A stretch of 63,963 nucleotides of DNA, counting the filler, from a bacterium (GTDB lineage Bacteria > UBA9089 > CG2-30-40-21 > SBAY01): NCBI GenBank assembly GCA_040757115.1. It is 6 parts of 6 records of this genome, joined end to end, with 100 filler letters (N's around TTAATTAATTAA, not from the genome) between each part and the next. Parts side by side here need not be neighbours in the genome. Positions count along the whole stretch, not along the records: positions 23,045 to 34,203 come from JBFLYA010000124.1; positions 34,304 to 45,301 come from JBFLYA010000125.1; 4 more parts are not named here. The stretch is one strand, 5' to 3'. Shown in pieces: positions 30,087 to 40,100 of the stretch (within the stretch, counting starts at the first letter, position 1; each line of letters begins with the position of its first letter). The translations under genes were made by a program, and so were the position numbers. The notes under the pieces were generated by a model. That model searched no databases, was not told the DNA's origin, and saw only the letters and a list, made by a program, of their open reading frames with translations.

Positions 30087-30602
30087 TCATCCTCCCAAAC
30101 CAGTCAATTTTCCAGCTGCCTTGGCAAGAGGATTAAGAATTTTCTCTACCAATTCAATTGAAGCCGACTCTTTACCTATCCGAATCTTCCATTTTCCATC
30201 CTTGTAGGTAGCCTCCCCTTTAATAGTTGCAGCAAATAATATCATAGCTGCTGCTGTGCCAACAGCAAGGATGATACCTGCAAACATATCGTCATCCTTG
30301 TATGTCTTCAACTCTTCGGCTAAGATTTTTTCTAGTCCAGGTTGTTGCGCCATGGCTAATAATATGTTTCTGGCACAGTCAGATGCGTCCTTAGCATCCA
30401 GGGTTTTCCCTTTTTCATCAGACGATAATTTAAAAATCGGAGATAACTCTTTAGATCCCTTAATTTCTGCAGGAACTAAGCCGATTAATTCTCCTTCACC
30501 CTCTTCAAGACCGCTGAAAATTTTTCTGCTAAAATGGTTAAAAAAACGCGTGACTTGAAAGTCGTCAAATTTGGTTATTTGTTCTATTAGTTTTTGTGAC
30601 AT
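30087..30602 (-). CDS. Small CHAT-associated protein with one hydrophobic segment
   Basis: ATG 2 nt after the CHAT stop, with GGAGGT RBS; KDDD followed by MFAGIILAVGTAAAMILFAA. Confidence 0.75.
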   Translation of the reverse strand: MSQKLIEQITKFDDFQVTRFFNHFSRKIFSGLEEGEGELIGLVPAEIKGSKELSPIFKLSSDEKGKTLDAKDASDCARNILLAMAQQPGLEKILAEELKTYKDDDMFAGIILAVGTAAAMILFAATIKGEATYKDGKWKIRIGKESASIELVEKILNPLAKAAGKLTGLGG

Positions 30603-30604
30603 TT

Positions 30605-32962
30605 TTACCTCCAATCTCCAATTAGTGAAAAGGCGGCCCAATGGTACGGGTCGGAAGTTTTGTCAGTATTCTTGAATTCAAGAACCGTGTTGCGCCAAGC
30701 TATAGCCCGGCTGTTGCCCTTCTTTAGCCAATAATTATAAAAGGTTGTGGCAAATTGGGAAGTTGTTTGTGCCGAGGTTTGCCAGTTTGTAGATAGAATA
30801 CTGGTCGCTCCATTTTGTAAGAAAGCCCATTCTAATCCTAAGGGATCCCCACCGAAACCCCGCTTTGCAAGGCCACTTACACAAGCCTGGAGGGTTACAT
30901 GGCTATTGGAGAAGTCTAATTTTAAATCTAAAATTTTTTCAGGAGACAATATATGTTCTTCTCCTTCACCTTTACCCAAAATTTCCAGGTCTGGTAAATC
31001 TTCGTTAGCCGATAATATTAGACCGGCTGATTTAAAGGGATTAGGATCAATTTTTAATTTACCATCAGGGAATCGTCCGTGTGTTGCAAAATGTAATAAC
31101 TTATCTTGAAGGTTTGTTACGGATAGTTTTCCTATGTCAGCCTCCTCGTGGACTAACATTGTGCCTCCTTTCATATGTTTATTCAGCCATTTACCGGCTT
31201 CTTTAAAGGCATTAACCTTGGCCTGATTTTCCAAGTCTTGTCGGGAAGGCACCTCAACATGAATAAAATACTCTGGGATTTGAGCATTTCGTTTAAAAAT
31301 TTGGTCTAAAGAATGCGCTCCCGGAATACGGGAAAGAGAAAAGAGTTCTACTAATGGCCTGCCATTCACTTCCATATAATGAAATGGGATAATCAGTAGT
31401 GCATCATGGGGTGAATAACATAAATGTTCGCCTTCCTTAATCTGTCCTTCATCCAATAACGGACCAATAAACTCAATGAGTCGGCTTAACTGTTGGGGAA
31501 CATCATTAGGAATTCTGGGCCCAAAAGGATTAGATGGATCCGGTTTACCCCACAACTCAGGATTACTAATAGAACCCAAATAATTAATACTTTCTTTGGA
31601 TATAGCAACCTTGGTAGCCTCAATATGTCCTAAAGAGGTTTGCATGGCACAAAACATCCAATCATCATCCACGAAAGTTGTTAAATAATGGCTTGAAAGT
31701 TCTTTCATCCAGTTAGGAAGTTCATTGAGAGCTTTGGAGAATTCCCTTTCGGTAGCAGGTTTCCCTGTTTTTTTAGTTTGGATGTCTGCGAGAATTCGGC
31801 TTTTACTGGCCTCAATTGCTTCCATGAGTTCTTTATATCGTCCTAACTTGTAAAACAATGTACAAAGGGAAGCATATAAATATGGATAACGCTCGCTTAA
31901 ACGAGCCCTTTCAACAGGATCAGCTATTTTACTTCTGGCATTTTCAATATTTGTCCTTATTCTCTGTAGTTGTTCCACTGCTTGTTCTTCACGATTTGTA
32001 CGGTTGTAAGCCAGATATAAAGACCAACAAGCCTCATTTTCCGTATCAGGAAAATGATGTTCCTTCATCCAATCTCTTCCAAAAATTAAGATGGGTTCTA
32101 TCTTAGCAATTTCTTCAGGATCATTACCCTTTTCTGGATCAGTAAATAGATAACTGGCATCAATAATTTTTTGTTTGACGGTTAAAACATTAAGGGCACC
32201 CGAAGTTCCAAGAACTTCTGAATCTATGATTACCCCGGCTATATCCTTCAAACTTTTATAATACTCCAACGAATCTTCTTGAGTTTCCTCAGTTTCTTTA
32301 GCACATCCAAGGGGTCCCAAAACATCTATAAGCTCTTCCCTGCCAGGACATTTAACTTTACCAAGTAAGTCCGTTCCGCCTCCCTTATGTTGATCAATTC
32401 GGTATTTTAGTGCCCGGTATTGAACCTGGGTGAAAGTTGGGAGGGAAGATTCATCTATTTCGTTCAAATGTTTCTCTGCCTCATCGTATTCTTCCAAGTC
32501 TAATTCAGATTCAATCCTCTTGAGTAAAACCATATAGAGGTTATCTGTATCACCAATTGATCGGAGCCATTCAATAGGCTCATCAATCAATTTTATGGTG
32601 TCCTGGTGCAGTCCTATGTTTTGAAGAGTGGTCATCCAATTCAAAGCTGCTCGACCTGCAATCATTCTTAAAGTCATTGTGTCACCCTGGTCAGCTTCGT
32701 AACCTTCCCGGGCCAATAAGTAACATGATTTTGCTATCCTTTTACCCAATTCATAATTTCCTGATAGCAGACAACCATGAGCCAGGAAATCCATAGATTG
32801 GGGGACCATTTCCGGAATGGAACTTTGTGCGGATTGTAAGGCTTCTTCCTTGAAAGGCATTGATGGACAGTCCTCTACAAATTCGATTCTTTCATTTTGA
32901 TTGCCTTTCTTAAAAATTTCAAGAATCTCATTAACAGATAGATTATCAATAGAAGAAATCAT
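30605..32962 (-). CDS. CHAT (caspase/HetF-like) protease with helical TPR-like N-terminus
   Basis: LHFATHG (His), VTLQACVSG (Cys), GATSILSTNW, PYHWAAFSLIGDWR. Confidence 0.9.
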   Translation of the reverse strand: MISSIDNLSVNEILEIFKKGNQNERIEFVEDCPSMPFKEEALQSAQSSIPEMVPQSMDFLAHGCLLSGNYELGKRIAKSCYLLAREGYEADQGDTMTLRMIAGRAALNWMTTLQNIGLHQDTIKLIDEPIEWLRSIGDTDNLYMVLLKRIESELDLEEYDEAEKHLNEIDESSLPTFTQVQYRALKYRIDQHKGGGTDLLGKVKCPGREELIDVLGPLGCAKETEETQEDSLEYYKSLKDIAGVIIDSEVLGTSGALNVLTVKQKIIDASYLFTDPEKGNDPEEIAKIEPILIFGRDWMKEHHFPDTENEACWSLYLAYNRTNREEQAVEQLQRIRTNIENARSKIADPVERARLSERYPYLYASLCTLFYKLGRYKELMEAIEASKSRILADIQTKKTGKPATEREFSKALNELPNWMKELSSHYLTTFVDDDWMFCAMQTSLGHIEATKVAISKESINYLGSISNPELWGKPDPSNPFGPRIPNDVPQQLSRLIEFIGPLLDEGQIKEGEHLCYSPHDALLIIPFHYMEVNGRPLVELFSLSRIPGAHSLDQIFKRNAQIPEYFIHVEVPSRQDLENQAKVNAFKEAGKWLNKHMKGGTMLVHEEADIGKLSVTNLQDKLLHFATHGRFPDGKLKIDPNPFKSAGLILSANEDLPDLEILGKGEGEEHILSPEKILDLKLDFSNSHVTLQACVSGLAKRGFGGDPLGLEWAFLQNGATSILSTNWQTSAQTTSQFATTFYNYWLKKGNSRAIAWRNTVLEFKNTDKTSDPYHWAAFSLIGDWR

Positions 32963-32981
32963 ACGAATTGCTCCTTTCTTT

Positions 32982-33035
32982 TTCTAACAATAAAATAAAC
33001 AGTGAGCGATAGTAAATCCGCTTCATTGGTTAGGC
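32982..33035 (-). other. attC-like site directly upstream of the CHAT gene
   Basis: Minus strand GCCTAAC...GTTAGAA, then RBS and ATG within 20 nt; one arm is similar to 55898-55946. Confidence 0.45.
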
Positions 33036-33321
33036 AAAAGATTCACTCCACAAATGTTTTTCTCATTTCTTCCAGCTTGCCAAACTATCTCATTTCAGTA
33101 AGCTTACCAAGAAATATTTAGCTTTTAAGGTTTGACCATAGCTCTGCTCCTGACTCTGCCGATAGTACTTTCCCGGCGATGTAATAAATTTTGTTCCCTT
33201 TTATATCACCATCTTTTTATCTAAAATGCGTTTGATTGCTCGAGATTAACCTTAGCTATGTCCTGGAGACCTTATGGGCATCGAATTCTTAATGCGTTAG
33301 ATAGTGTATTCATACAAGGTG

Positions 33322-33374
33322 TCCTAACTCCTGCCTGAGTTACTTGTTCTCAGCAAGAAGGTCAAGGGTTAATA
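33322..33374 (-). other. attC-like site overlapping the stop of the upstream ORF
   Basis: TATTAAC (contains the TAA stop)..CTGAG-loop-CTCAG..GTTAGGA. Confidence 0.35.
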
Positions 33375-33715
33375 TGAAGGGGGTGTCCAGTCAATGCCCG
33401 CATCAGCCGCCATACCCATTAAATCGCCAACGCGACTCTCATAGCGTTGACGTGCAAGATCATCCAATTGGTGCATTTGTGTTTGGGCTTGCATGAGCAT
33501 CTGCGCAATTTGAGCTTGTTGTTGGGGATTCAATTGGCTATTGTTTCCTTGAGGGATATGAGTCAACATTCCCTCAATTTGGGACAACATCTGATTGAAG
33601 TTTCTCTCTGCGTGCCGTACAGCCACTTTTGCCAGCCATACAAAAGACACGACCCAAATGACCCCCCGGCTACCGATAAAACTGCACCTATGATGAAAAT
33701 CCAAAGAATATCCAT
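33369..33715 (-). pseudogene. Small membrane-anchored Gln-rich protein, frameshifted in a G6 run
   Basis: GGAGG RBS and ATG at 33715 give MDILWIFIIGAVLSVAGG. One extra G at 33662-33667 joins this to VIWVVSFVWLAK...PPSY*. Confidence 0.7.
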
Positions 33716-34303
33716 CTTTGTACCTCCGTAGGGATTAGGGGACGTTCTTGACTCATAACTGATAGGAAATTGATTTTTTGAGTGTTTTGGGTATTATATC
33801 CATTTGTGCCCATTGTGAGGATATTTTACCACAAATTTTATCCTTTGTCAACAAAAAATTCGGCTCTTTTGAAAAAGATTGACATACTTAATAACTTTTT
33901 AGAAAACTGCTCCCTTCTCCTAATATACTCTCCTTCTTCTGTAAAAATGTAATATCATATTAATTGTATTTTGTCAAGTGTTTTTTTTGAGGGTGTTGAA
34001 AAAGTCGTTTTTTAGGAAAGGGTAGTTTTTGGAGGGGTGAATTTTCTAAAAACTGCAAAACTGCCTCCCTCTTTGAATTTAACCTGCAATCGGCAAGTGA
34101 GCTAACCAGAATAGCGTTAACCCCTTGATATATCAGTAGTTAATCTGTTAAAAAATCTGTAGATTTTTTAACAAAAATGATTGACATTGGCCTCCTTCTA
34201 TGCNNNNNNNNNNNNNNNNNNNNNNNNNNNNNNNNNNNNNNNNNNNNTTAATTAATTAANNNNNNNNNNNNNNNNNNNNNNNNNNNNNNNNNNNNNNNNN
34301 NNN

Positions 34304-34494
34304 GGGGATAAGGAGATAAGAGTGATATGGAGATAAGATAATAGAAATAGATTGAAATTTATAGAAATAGGTAGAAATTGATTGGGGAAAACAACAAATT
34401 TCCATAAATTTCTATTAATTTCAATTTTTTTAATAATATCTCTCTATCTCCTTAATCTCCACATCTCCTTTTGTTACACCACCTGAACGCTTAC
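34304..34494. mobile_element. MITE family B, partial at contig start, overlapping the dxs 3' end
   Basis: Ends ACCTGAACGCTTAC; near-identical to 36421-36643. Confidence 0.85.
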
Positions 34495-36361
34495 AAAATT
34501 TCTTAATAGATTGAGTAATTCCCTCAACATCTAACCCATACTTTTTAAAAAGTATTTCACTTGCTCCGTGTTCGATAAATTGGTCTGGAAATCCCAGACA
34601 TTTAACCCTGACATCCTGAATTTGATTTGCATTCAATAACTCCAGAATAGCACTTCCAAATCCACCACTAACAATATGGTCTTCGATGGTGATGATTTTT
34701 TTAGTTTTGAGATTTAAAATCAGAGTTTTATCTAATGGTTTAACAAATCGGGCATTGACGACGCCGATGTTTTTTAAGTTTTTCGCCACCTCTAAAGCGG
34801 GATAGACCATTTTCCCCAGAGCAAGAATAACTGCTTCATTACCTTCGACTAAAACTTCGGCTTCACCAATTTTAAAAGGGGTTTGTTTTTCTTCAATTTT
34901 AAGTGGGCAACCTCTTGGGTAACGAATAGCACAAGGTTGATTACTTGAGATAGCCAGATTCAGCATCATTACAAGTTCTGTTGTGTCTTTTGGGGACATA
35001 ATAACCAGATTGGGAATATGTCGTAAATAAGCGATGTCAAACAAACCTTGATGAGTCGGTCCATCTTCACCAACTACTCCTGCCCGATCAATACAAAATA
35101 CCACAGGTAAATTCATCAGACAGACATCATGCAAAATCTGGTCATAAGCTCGTTGTAAGAATGTAGAATAAATTGCACAAACAGGTTTAAGTCCCATTGA
35201 AGCCATTCCTGCGGCAAATGTCACGGCATGCTCTTCGGCAATACCTACATCAAAGAACCTTTCCGGATGACTTTCTTTAAAATATTTTAATCCTGTGCCT
35301 TCAGCCATAGCCGCCGTAATTGCTACAATCTTTGAATCATTTTTCGCTAAATCAGTTAAAGTTTTTCCCATCACTGCTGAGAATGATAATTTCTCATTCT
35401 CCAATGGTTTGCCAGTGGCAATGTCAAAAGGGCTTGTTCCATGAAACCACTCAGGATTTTTCTCTGCCGGCTCATAGCCTTTACCTTTTTTCGTAAAAAT
35501 ATGTAAAAGCCGGGGACCTTTTAAGTCTTTAATCTTTCCTAAAACATTAATTAATAAATCCAGGTTATGTCCGTCAATGGGACCAAAATATCTAAATCCT
35601 AATTCTTCAAATAATGCCCCATGAATTAATATATTTTTTATCCCCTCTTCTACTTTTTTAACTAATGTGCTCATTGGTGTGCCAATTCTGGGGACTTTAG
35701 TAATTAACTCTTGAATATCTTCTCGCAATCGAGAATAAATAGGCATCGTTATAAGTCTATTCAAATAACCGGCAAGTGCACCAATCGTCCTTGAGATAGA
35801 CATTTCGTTACTGTTTAAAATAACCAGCAAATCTTTTTGAAGTTGGCCGGCATGATTTAATGACTCAAAAGCCATTCCACCAGATAATGCCCCATCACCA
35901 ATAACCACGACTATTTTCTTTGACCCATCACCTTCAAATTCTTTCGCTATTGCCAAACCTAATCCGGCGGAGATAGAAGTGCTGGCATGACCGGTATTAA
36001 AGACATCATAATACGATTCTTCTCGCTTGGGGAAACCTGATATTCCACCATATTGTCGTAATGTCTGAAATTGTGATTTTCTACCTGTAAGTAATTTATG
36101 GGCATAACATTGATGACCAACATCCCAGATAATTTTATCAACAGGGGTATTGTAAATATAATGAAGGGCAATAGTTAATTCTACCACTCCCAGATTAGAG
36201 GACAGGTGTCCACCTGTGTTTGAAACGGTTTTGATTATCTCTTGCCTTATTTCATCTGCAATCTTTTTTAATTGGCTAATATTTAGTTTTTTAAGTTCTG
36301 CTGGAGAAGAAATCTCTTCAAGTAACTCCATTGTTCCCATCTTAATTTTATTATACACCAT
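34430..36361 (-). CDS. dxs: 1-deoxy-D-xylulose-5-phosphate synthase
   Basis: GGHLSSNLG, WDVGHQ.Y.HK, GDGALSGG, DVGIAEEHA, DGPTHQG; true start may be a few codons downstream. Confidence 0.97.
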   Translation of the reverse strand: MVYNKIKMGTMELLEEISSPAELKKLNISQLKKIADEIRQEIIKTVSNTGGHLSSNLGVVELTIALHYIYNTPVDKIIWDVGHQCYAHKLLTGRKSQFQTLRQYGGISGFPKREESYYDVFNTGHASTSISAGLGLAIAKEFEGDGSKKIVVVIGDGALSGGMAFESLNHAGQLQKDLLVILNSNEMSISRTIGALAGYLNRLITMPIYSRLREDIQELITKVPRIGTPMSTLVKKVEEGIKNILIHGALFEELGFRYFGPIDGHNLDLLINVLGKIKDLKGPRLLHIFTKKGKGYEPAEKNPEWFHGTSPFDIATGKPLENEKLSFSAVMGKTLTDLAKNDSKIVAITAAMAEGTGLKYFKESHPERFFDVGIAEEHAVTFAAGMASMGLKPVCAIYSTFLQRAYDQILHDVCLMNLPVVFCIDRAGVVGEDGPTHQGLFDIAYLRHIPNLVIMSPKDTTELVMMLNLAISSNQPCAIRYPRGCPLKIEEKQTPFKIGEAEVLVEGNEAVILALGKMVYPALEVAKNLKNIGVVNARFVKPLDKTLILNLKTKKIITIEDHIVSGGFGSAILELLNANQIQDVRVKCLGFPDQFIEHGASEILFKKYGLDVEGITQSIKKFCKRSGGVTKGDVEIKEIERYY

Positions 36362-36420
36362 TTAATTAAAATTTGCAATAATTTTTTTGTACCTGTTCAC
36401 CGCACAGACAAAAGAGTTTG

Positions 36421-36643
36421 GTAACCGTTCAGGTTATACATTAAAAGTGTAAGAAGGGGGATAAGGAGATAAGGAAGATATGGAGATAAGATAATAGAAA
36501 TAGATTGAAATTTATAGAAATAGGTAGAAATTGATTGTGGGAAACAACAAATTTCCATAAATTTCTATTAGTTTCTACTAATTTCAATTTTTTTTAATAA
36601 TATCCCTCCTTATCTCCTTTTCTTACACCACCTGAACGCTTAC
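36421..36643. mobile_element. MITE family B, TIR GTAASCGTTCAGGT
   Basis: GTAACCGTTCAGGT...ACCTGAACGCTTAC; other copies at 34304, 45402, 56498 and 57700. Confidence 0.88.
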
Positions 36644-36734
36644 AAATTTCTTTGCGTCCTTTACGCCTTTGCGAGAGGAATATCTTTTACCACCGATAAC
36701 TGACCCATTACAGAAAAAAAATTGAAAAAAACCC

Positions 36735-36769
36735 TTGACAAATTTAAAATTATGTGGTATATGTATAAT
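36735..36769 (+). promoter_or_regulatory. Sigma70-like promoter upstream of the toxin locus
   Basis: TTGACA at 36735; TGgTATATG at 17-nt spacing and TATAAT at 36764. Confidence 0.5.
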
Positions 36770-36788
36770 ATACAAACAAGGGAGGGAA

Positions 36789-36872
36789 ATGAAGAAGGAG
36801 ACTAAAAAGAAGATGAATCCCTATCCCTATGGTCATCATAAATTCAGCAGGAAAATAAAAAAAGAAAGGTAA
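36789..36872 (+). CDS. 27-aa Lys-rich peptide (possible leader peptide)
   Basis: GGAGGG RBS; MKKETKKKMNPYPYGHHKFSRKIKKER*; stop overlaps the terminator stem. Confidence 0.4.
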   Translation: MKKETKKKMNPYPYGHHKFSRKIKKER

Positions 36873-36916
36873 GCCTTCTGGCATTAATCTAAAGTCAAGA
36901 AGGCTTTTTTGTTTTT
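36871..36916 (+). terminator. Intrinsic terminator-like hairpin
   Basis: AAGCCTTCT...AGAAGGCTT followed by a T-run. Confidence 0.6.
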
Positions 36917-36930
36917 AAATCCGTTAAATC

Positions 36931-37130
36931 GGTGGTGTCTGAAAATAACGCTAATAGTGAAATCTATGCAGATTTGGTGTCCAAAAGGGGATAAGGAGAT
37001 AAAGGGAGATATGGAGATTATTCATTGTCCTTTCCAAAATTTTAGAATGAATTTATCTCCTTATCTCCATAATCCCCATATCTCCTTTTCTTACACTATT
37101 TCAACCTTTATGCTAGATTAAGACACCACC
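36931..37130. mobile_element. MITE family A (200 bp), 8-bp TSD GTTAAATC
   Basis: GGTGGTGTCT/AGACACCACC termini; GTTAAATC at 36923-36930 and 37131-37138. Confidence 0.9.
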
Positions 37131-37183
37131 GTTAAATCCGCTAAATCTGCTTACTATAATTAAATTACAGAGGAGGTGCCAAA

Positions 37184-40100
37184 ATGGCTACTAATAATGT
37201 TGTGTTAGACCCCAAACTATTACTTACCACTCATCAACCTAAAAAGGAAGATGAGCCTGTTGACTCAACATTCGGTAATATGGTCCGACTTGGATTGTTG
37301 CGTGAGGCAATGAAGAAAAAAGTAGGTGATATAGGCTGGGAAGATACTACAAAACCTATCCCTAACACCGGCTACAAAAATTTCGATTTGAATAATGATG
37401 GCAAAATAAGTATCTCAGACTTGAAGATACATTCCCCACAAATTAGTGCTCAACTAAATAAAATTGAACAGGGATTTGGTAAGAAGGAAGGTGATATTGA
37501 AGGATATAAAGAGGTTGATTTTAACCAGGATAATAAGATAGACCAGGAAGATATATTTACCCTGTGGGCTAATAATAACCTTTCTAATTTAAACCTTCTC
37601 AAAGAAGCCTTTGGTAAAACCTCAAATGACCCCGGTTGGGAAGACAAACAAGAGCTCGTCAAATTAGGCTACAAAAATGCCGATGTAAATCTGGATGAGG
37701 AAGTAAATGACCTTGATAAAGCGCTGATATTTTCTGCCATTTATCCTGATGGCACATTAGTTAGAAGCGAAGTGGATAATAGATTTATGATTATTTCAGG
37801 AACTAAAAAACGCATTCCAAATGAAAAAACATTCGATAACTTAGGATTAGATAAATCTCAAATTATCACACTTGCAGATGAGGAATTAGAACTTATCCCG
37901 GATGGTGAAGAAATCCCTCTCATAAAATACGATAATGGCACATTATTAAAAGCAGATAATGATTATTACCTGATGGCATATGGCTTAAGAAGAAAAATAC
38001 CGGATGAACCAACATTAAAAAACTTAGACCTTGACGAATCCAGGGCAATTCCGGTATCTACATCAGAATTAGAAAACATTCCAGAAGGAAATGAAGTCCC
38101 ACACTTCGAATATCCAATCGGTAGTATACTCAAAAACTCTGAAACTAATGATGAGCAATACTACATGATAACACCAGCAGGTGAGAAAAAACTTATCCCT
38201 GATACCAGAACCTTACAGAATTTAGACCTTGATATTTCAAAAGTCAAACAAGTCCCACTGGCAAAATTACAAGACATCCCGGATGATGCAGAATCTTTCC
38301 CGCACTTAGAATATCCCAATGGCACTATTCTTAAATCAGGCGATAAATATTACTACACCACGATGGACAAAAAGATTGAAGTACCAGATGAGATGACACT
38401 GAAGGCGTATGGTTTAGATGTCAAGCCTTATACCATCTCAGTCAAGGCAAAAGGCACTCAATCTGGCGGTTCATTCCCATTAATCCAATTGCGTGTTGAC
38501 GGTCAGGTAGTAAAAGAATGGTTTGTAACGGATGAATACAAAGACTACACTGCTACTGTGCCATTATCTTCAGGCAACCATAAAATAGATGTTGTCTATC
38601 CTAATGACCAGGATATATATTCATGGTTAGAGACCTGGGTAGATACAGATAGGCATCCTACACATACAGATTATGAGTATTACTCTCAAATATTACATCA
38701 AGTCACCGCAGATAGGACTTTATGGATTGACCATATCAAAATTGATGATAAAATTATCGAATCAGAGGATTACACCCGGGTAAAATACGATAGGGGGTTA
38801 AACCAGAAACCAGATAGTACTGTTGATGATAGTAATGTAGTCCCTGGTCAGGAATTGATGAACTACGCCGGGGCATTAAGATTTAATGTAGATATTGATC
38901 CGATAATCAATGTATCAAAAGAAAATTTAGACAAACTTGAGACTGTAATGACATTTGAGCAAGTCAAATATCCAAATGGGACTGTAATAAGAAACCAAGA
39001 AGGTGATAAGATTTATCTGATGCAAAATGGAGCAAAGCAAGAGATAAAAAATGATGAGACCCTTGAGGCATTAGGGATTGAAAAAGACACCCCTATCCCA
39101 CTAAATACCTTTAATTTTAAAGAATTAAACACAGGTAAAAGGATATATGATTTAATACCAGTAAGTGGACAATGGAGTTTGAAGGATGGAGTCTATCAGC
39201 AAGAGAATATGACGGCTCTTATCTCTATAGCCAAATTAAAAGAAACTTACTCAGATTTCATTCTTAAAACAAGGATAAAGGCAACTCAGACAACCTATGC
39301 GACTGATTGTCGCTACATTAATTTTAGGGCCAAAGATGAACAGAATCAATATGTATTACAGATATTTGGCACCCATCTTAATTTATATAGAGTAGTAAAT
39401 GGGAATTGGACCTGTCTTGCTGAAGTATCAAGGGATTTACCTCTTGGCACCTGGGCTGATTATAAAATAGTAGCTAATGGTGACCAAATTCAGGTCTATG
39501 AAAATGATAGATTGATTGCCGATATCAAAGATAACTCGAACACATCAGGCAGTATATACCTNNNNNNNNNNNNNNNNNNNNNNNNNNNNNNNNNNNNNNN
39601 NNNNNNNNNNNNNNNNNNNNNNNNNNNNNNNNNNNNNNNNNNNNNNNNNNNNNNNNNNNNNACAGAATCAATATGTCTTACAGATATTTGGCACCTATCT
39701 TAATTTATACAGAGTAGTAAATGGAAGTTGGACTCGTCTTGCTGAAGTATCAAGGACATTACCTCTTAATACCTGGGCAAATTATAAAATAATAGCCAGT
39801 GGTAACCAGATTAAGGTATATGAAAATGATAATGTAGTTGCTTTTGTTAGAGATGAATCTCATAAATTAGGCAGTATAATCCTTCAGACCTATAAAACTA
39901 AGGCACAATTTGACGATGTAAAAGTTTCAGAACTGCAAAAAACCATTTCATACAAAGAATTAGATGAAATTCCAGAAGGGATGCCACTTGACCCTATTCC
40001 GTATGCTAACAGAACCTTACTCAAAGGCTCTGGAAATGCGGTTTATATGATGATGGGTGGACAGAAAAAGTATGTCCCAGCAGGCGATAGTAGTATCTGG

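Noticed and set aside
30087-30602. Bacterial gasdermin
   Set aside because: Too short and mainly helical with one hydrophobic segment; lacks the beta-rich gasdermin pattern.
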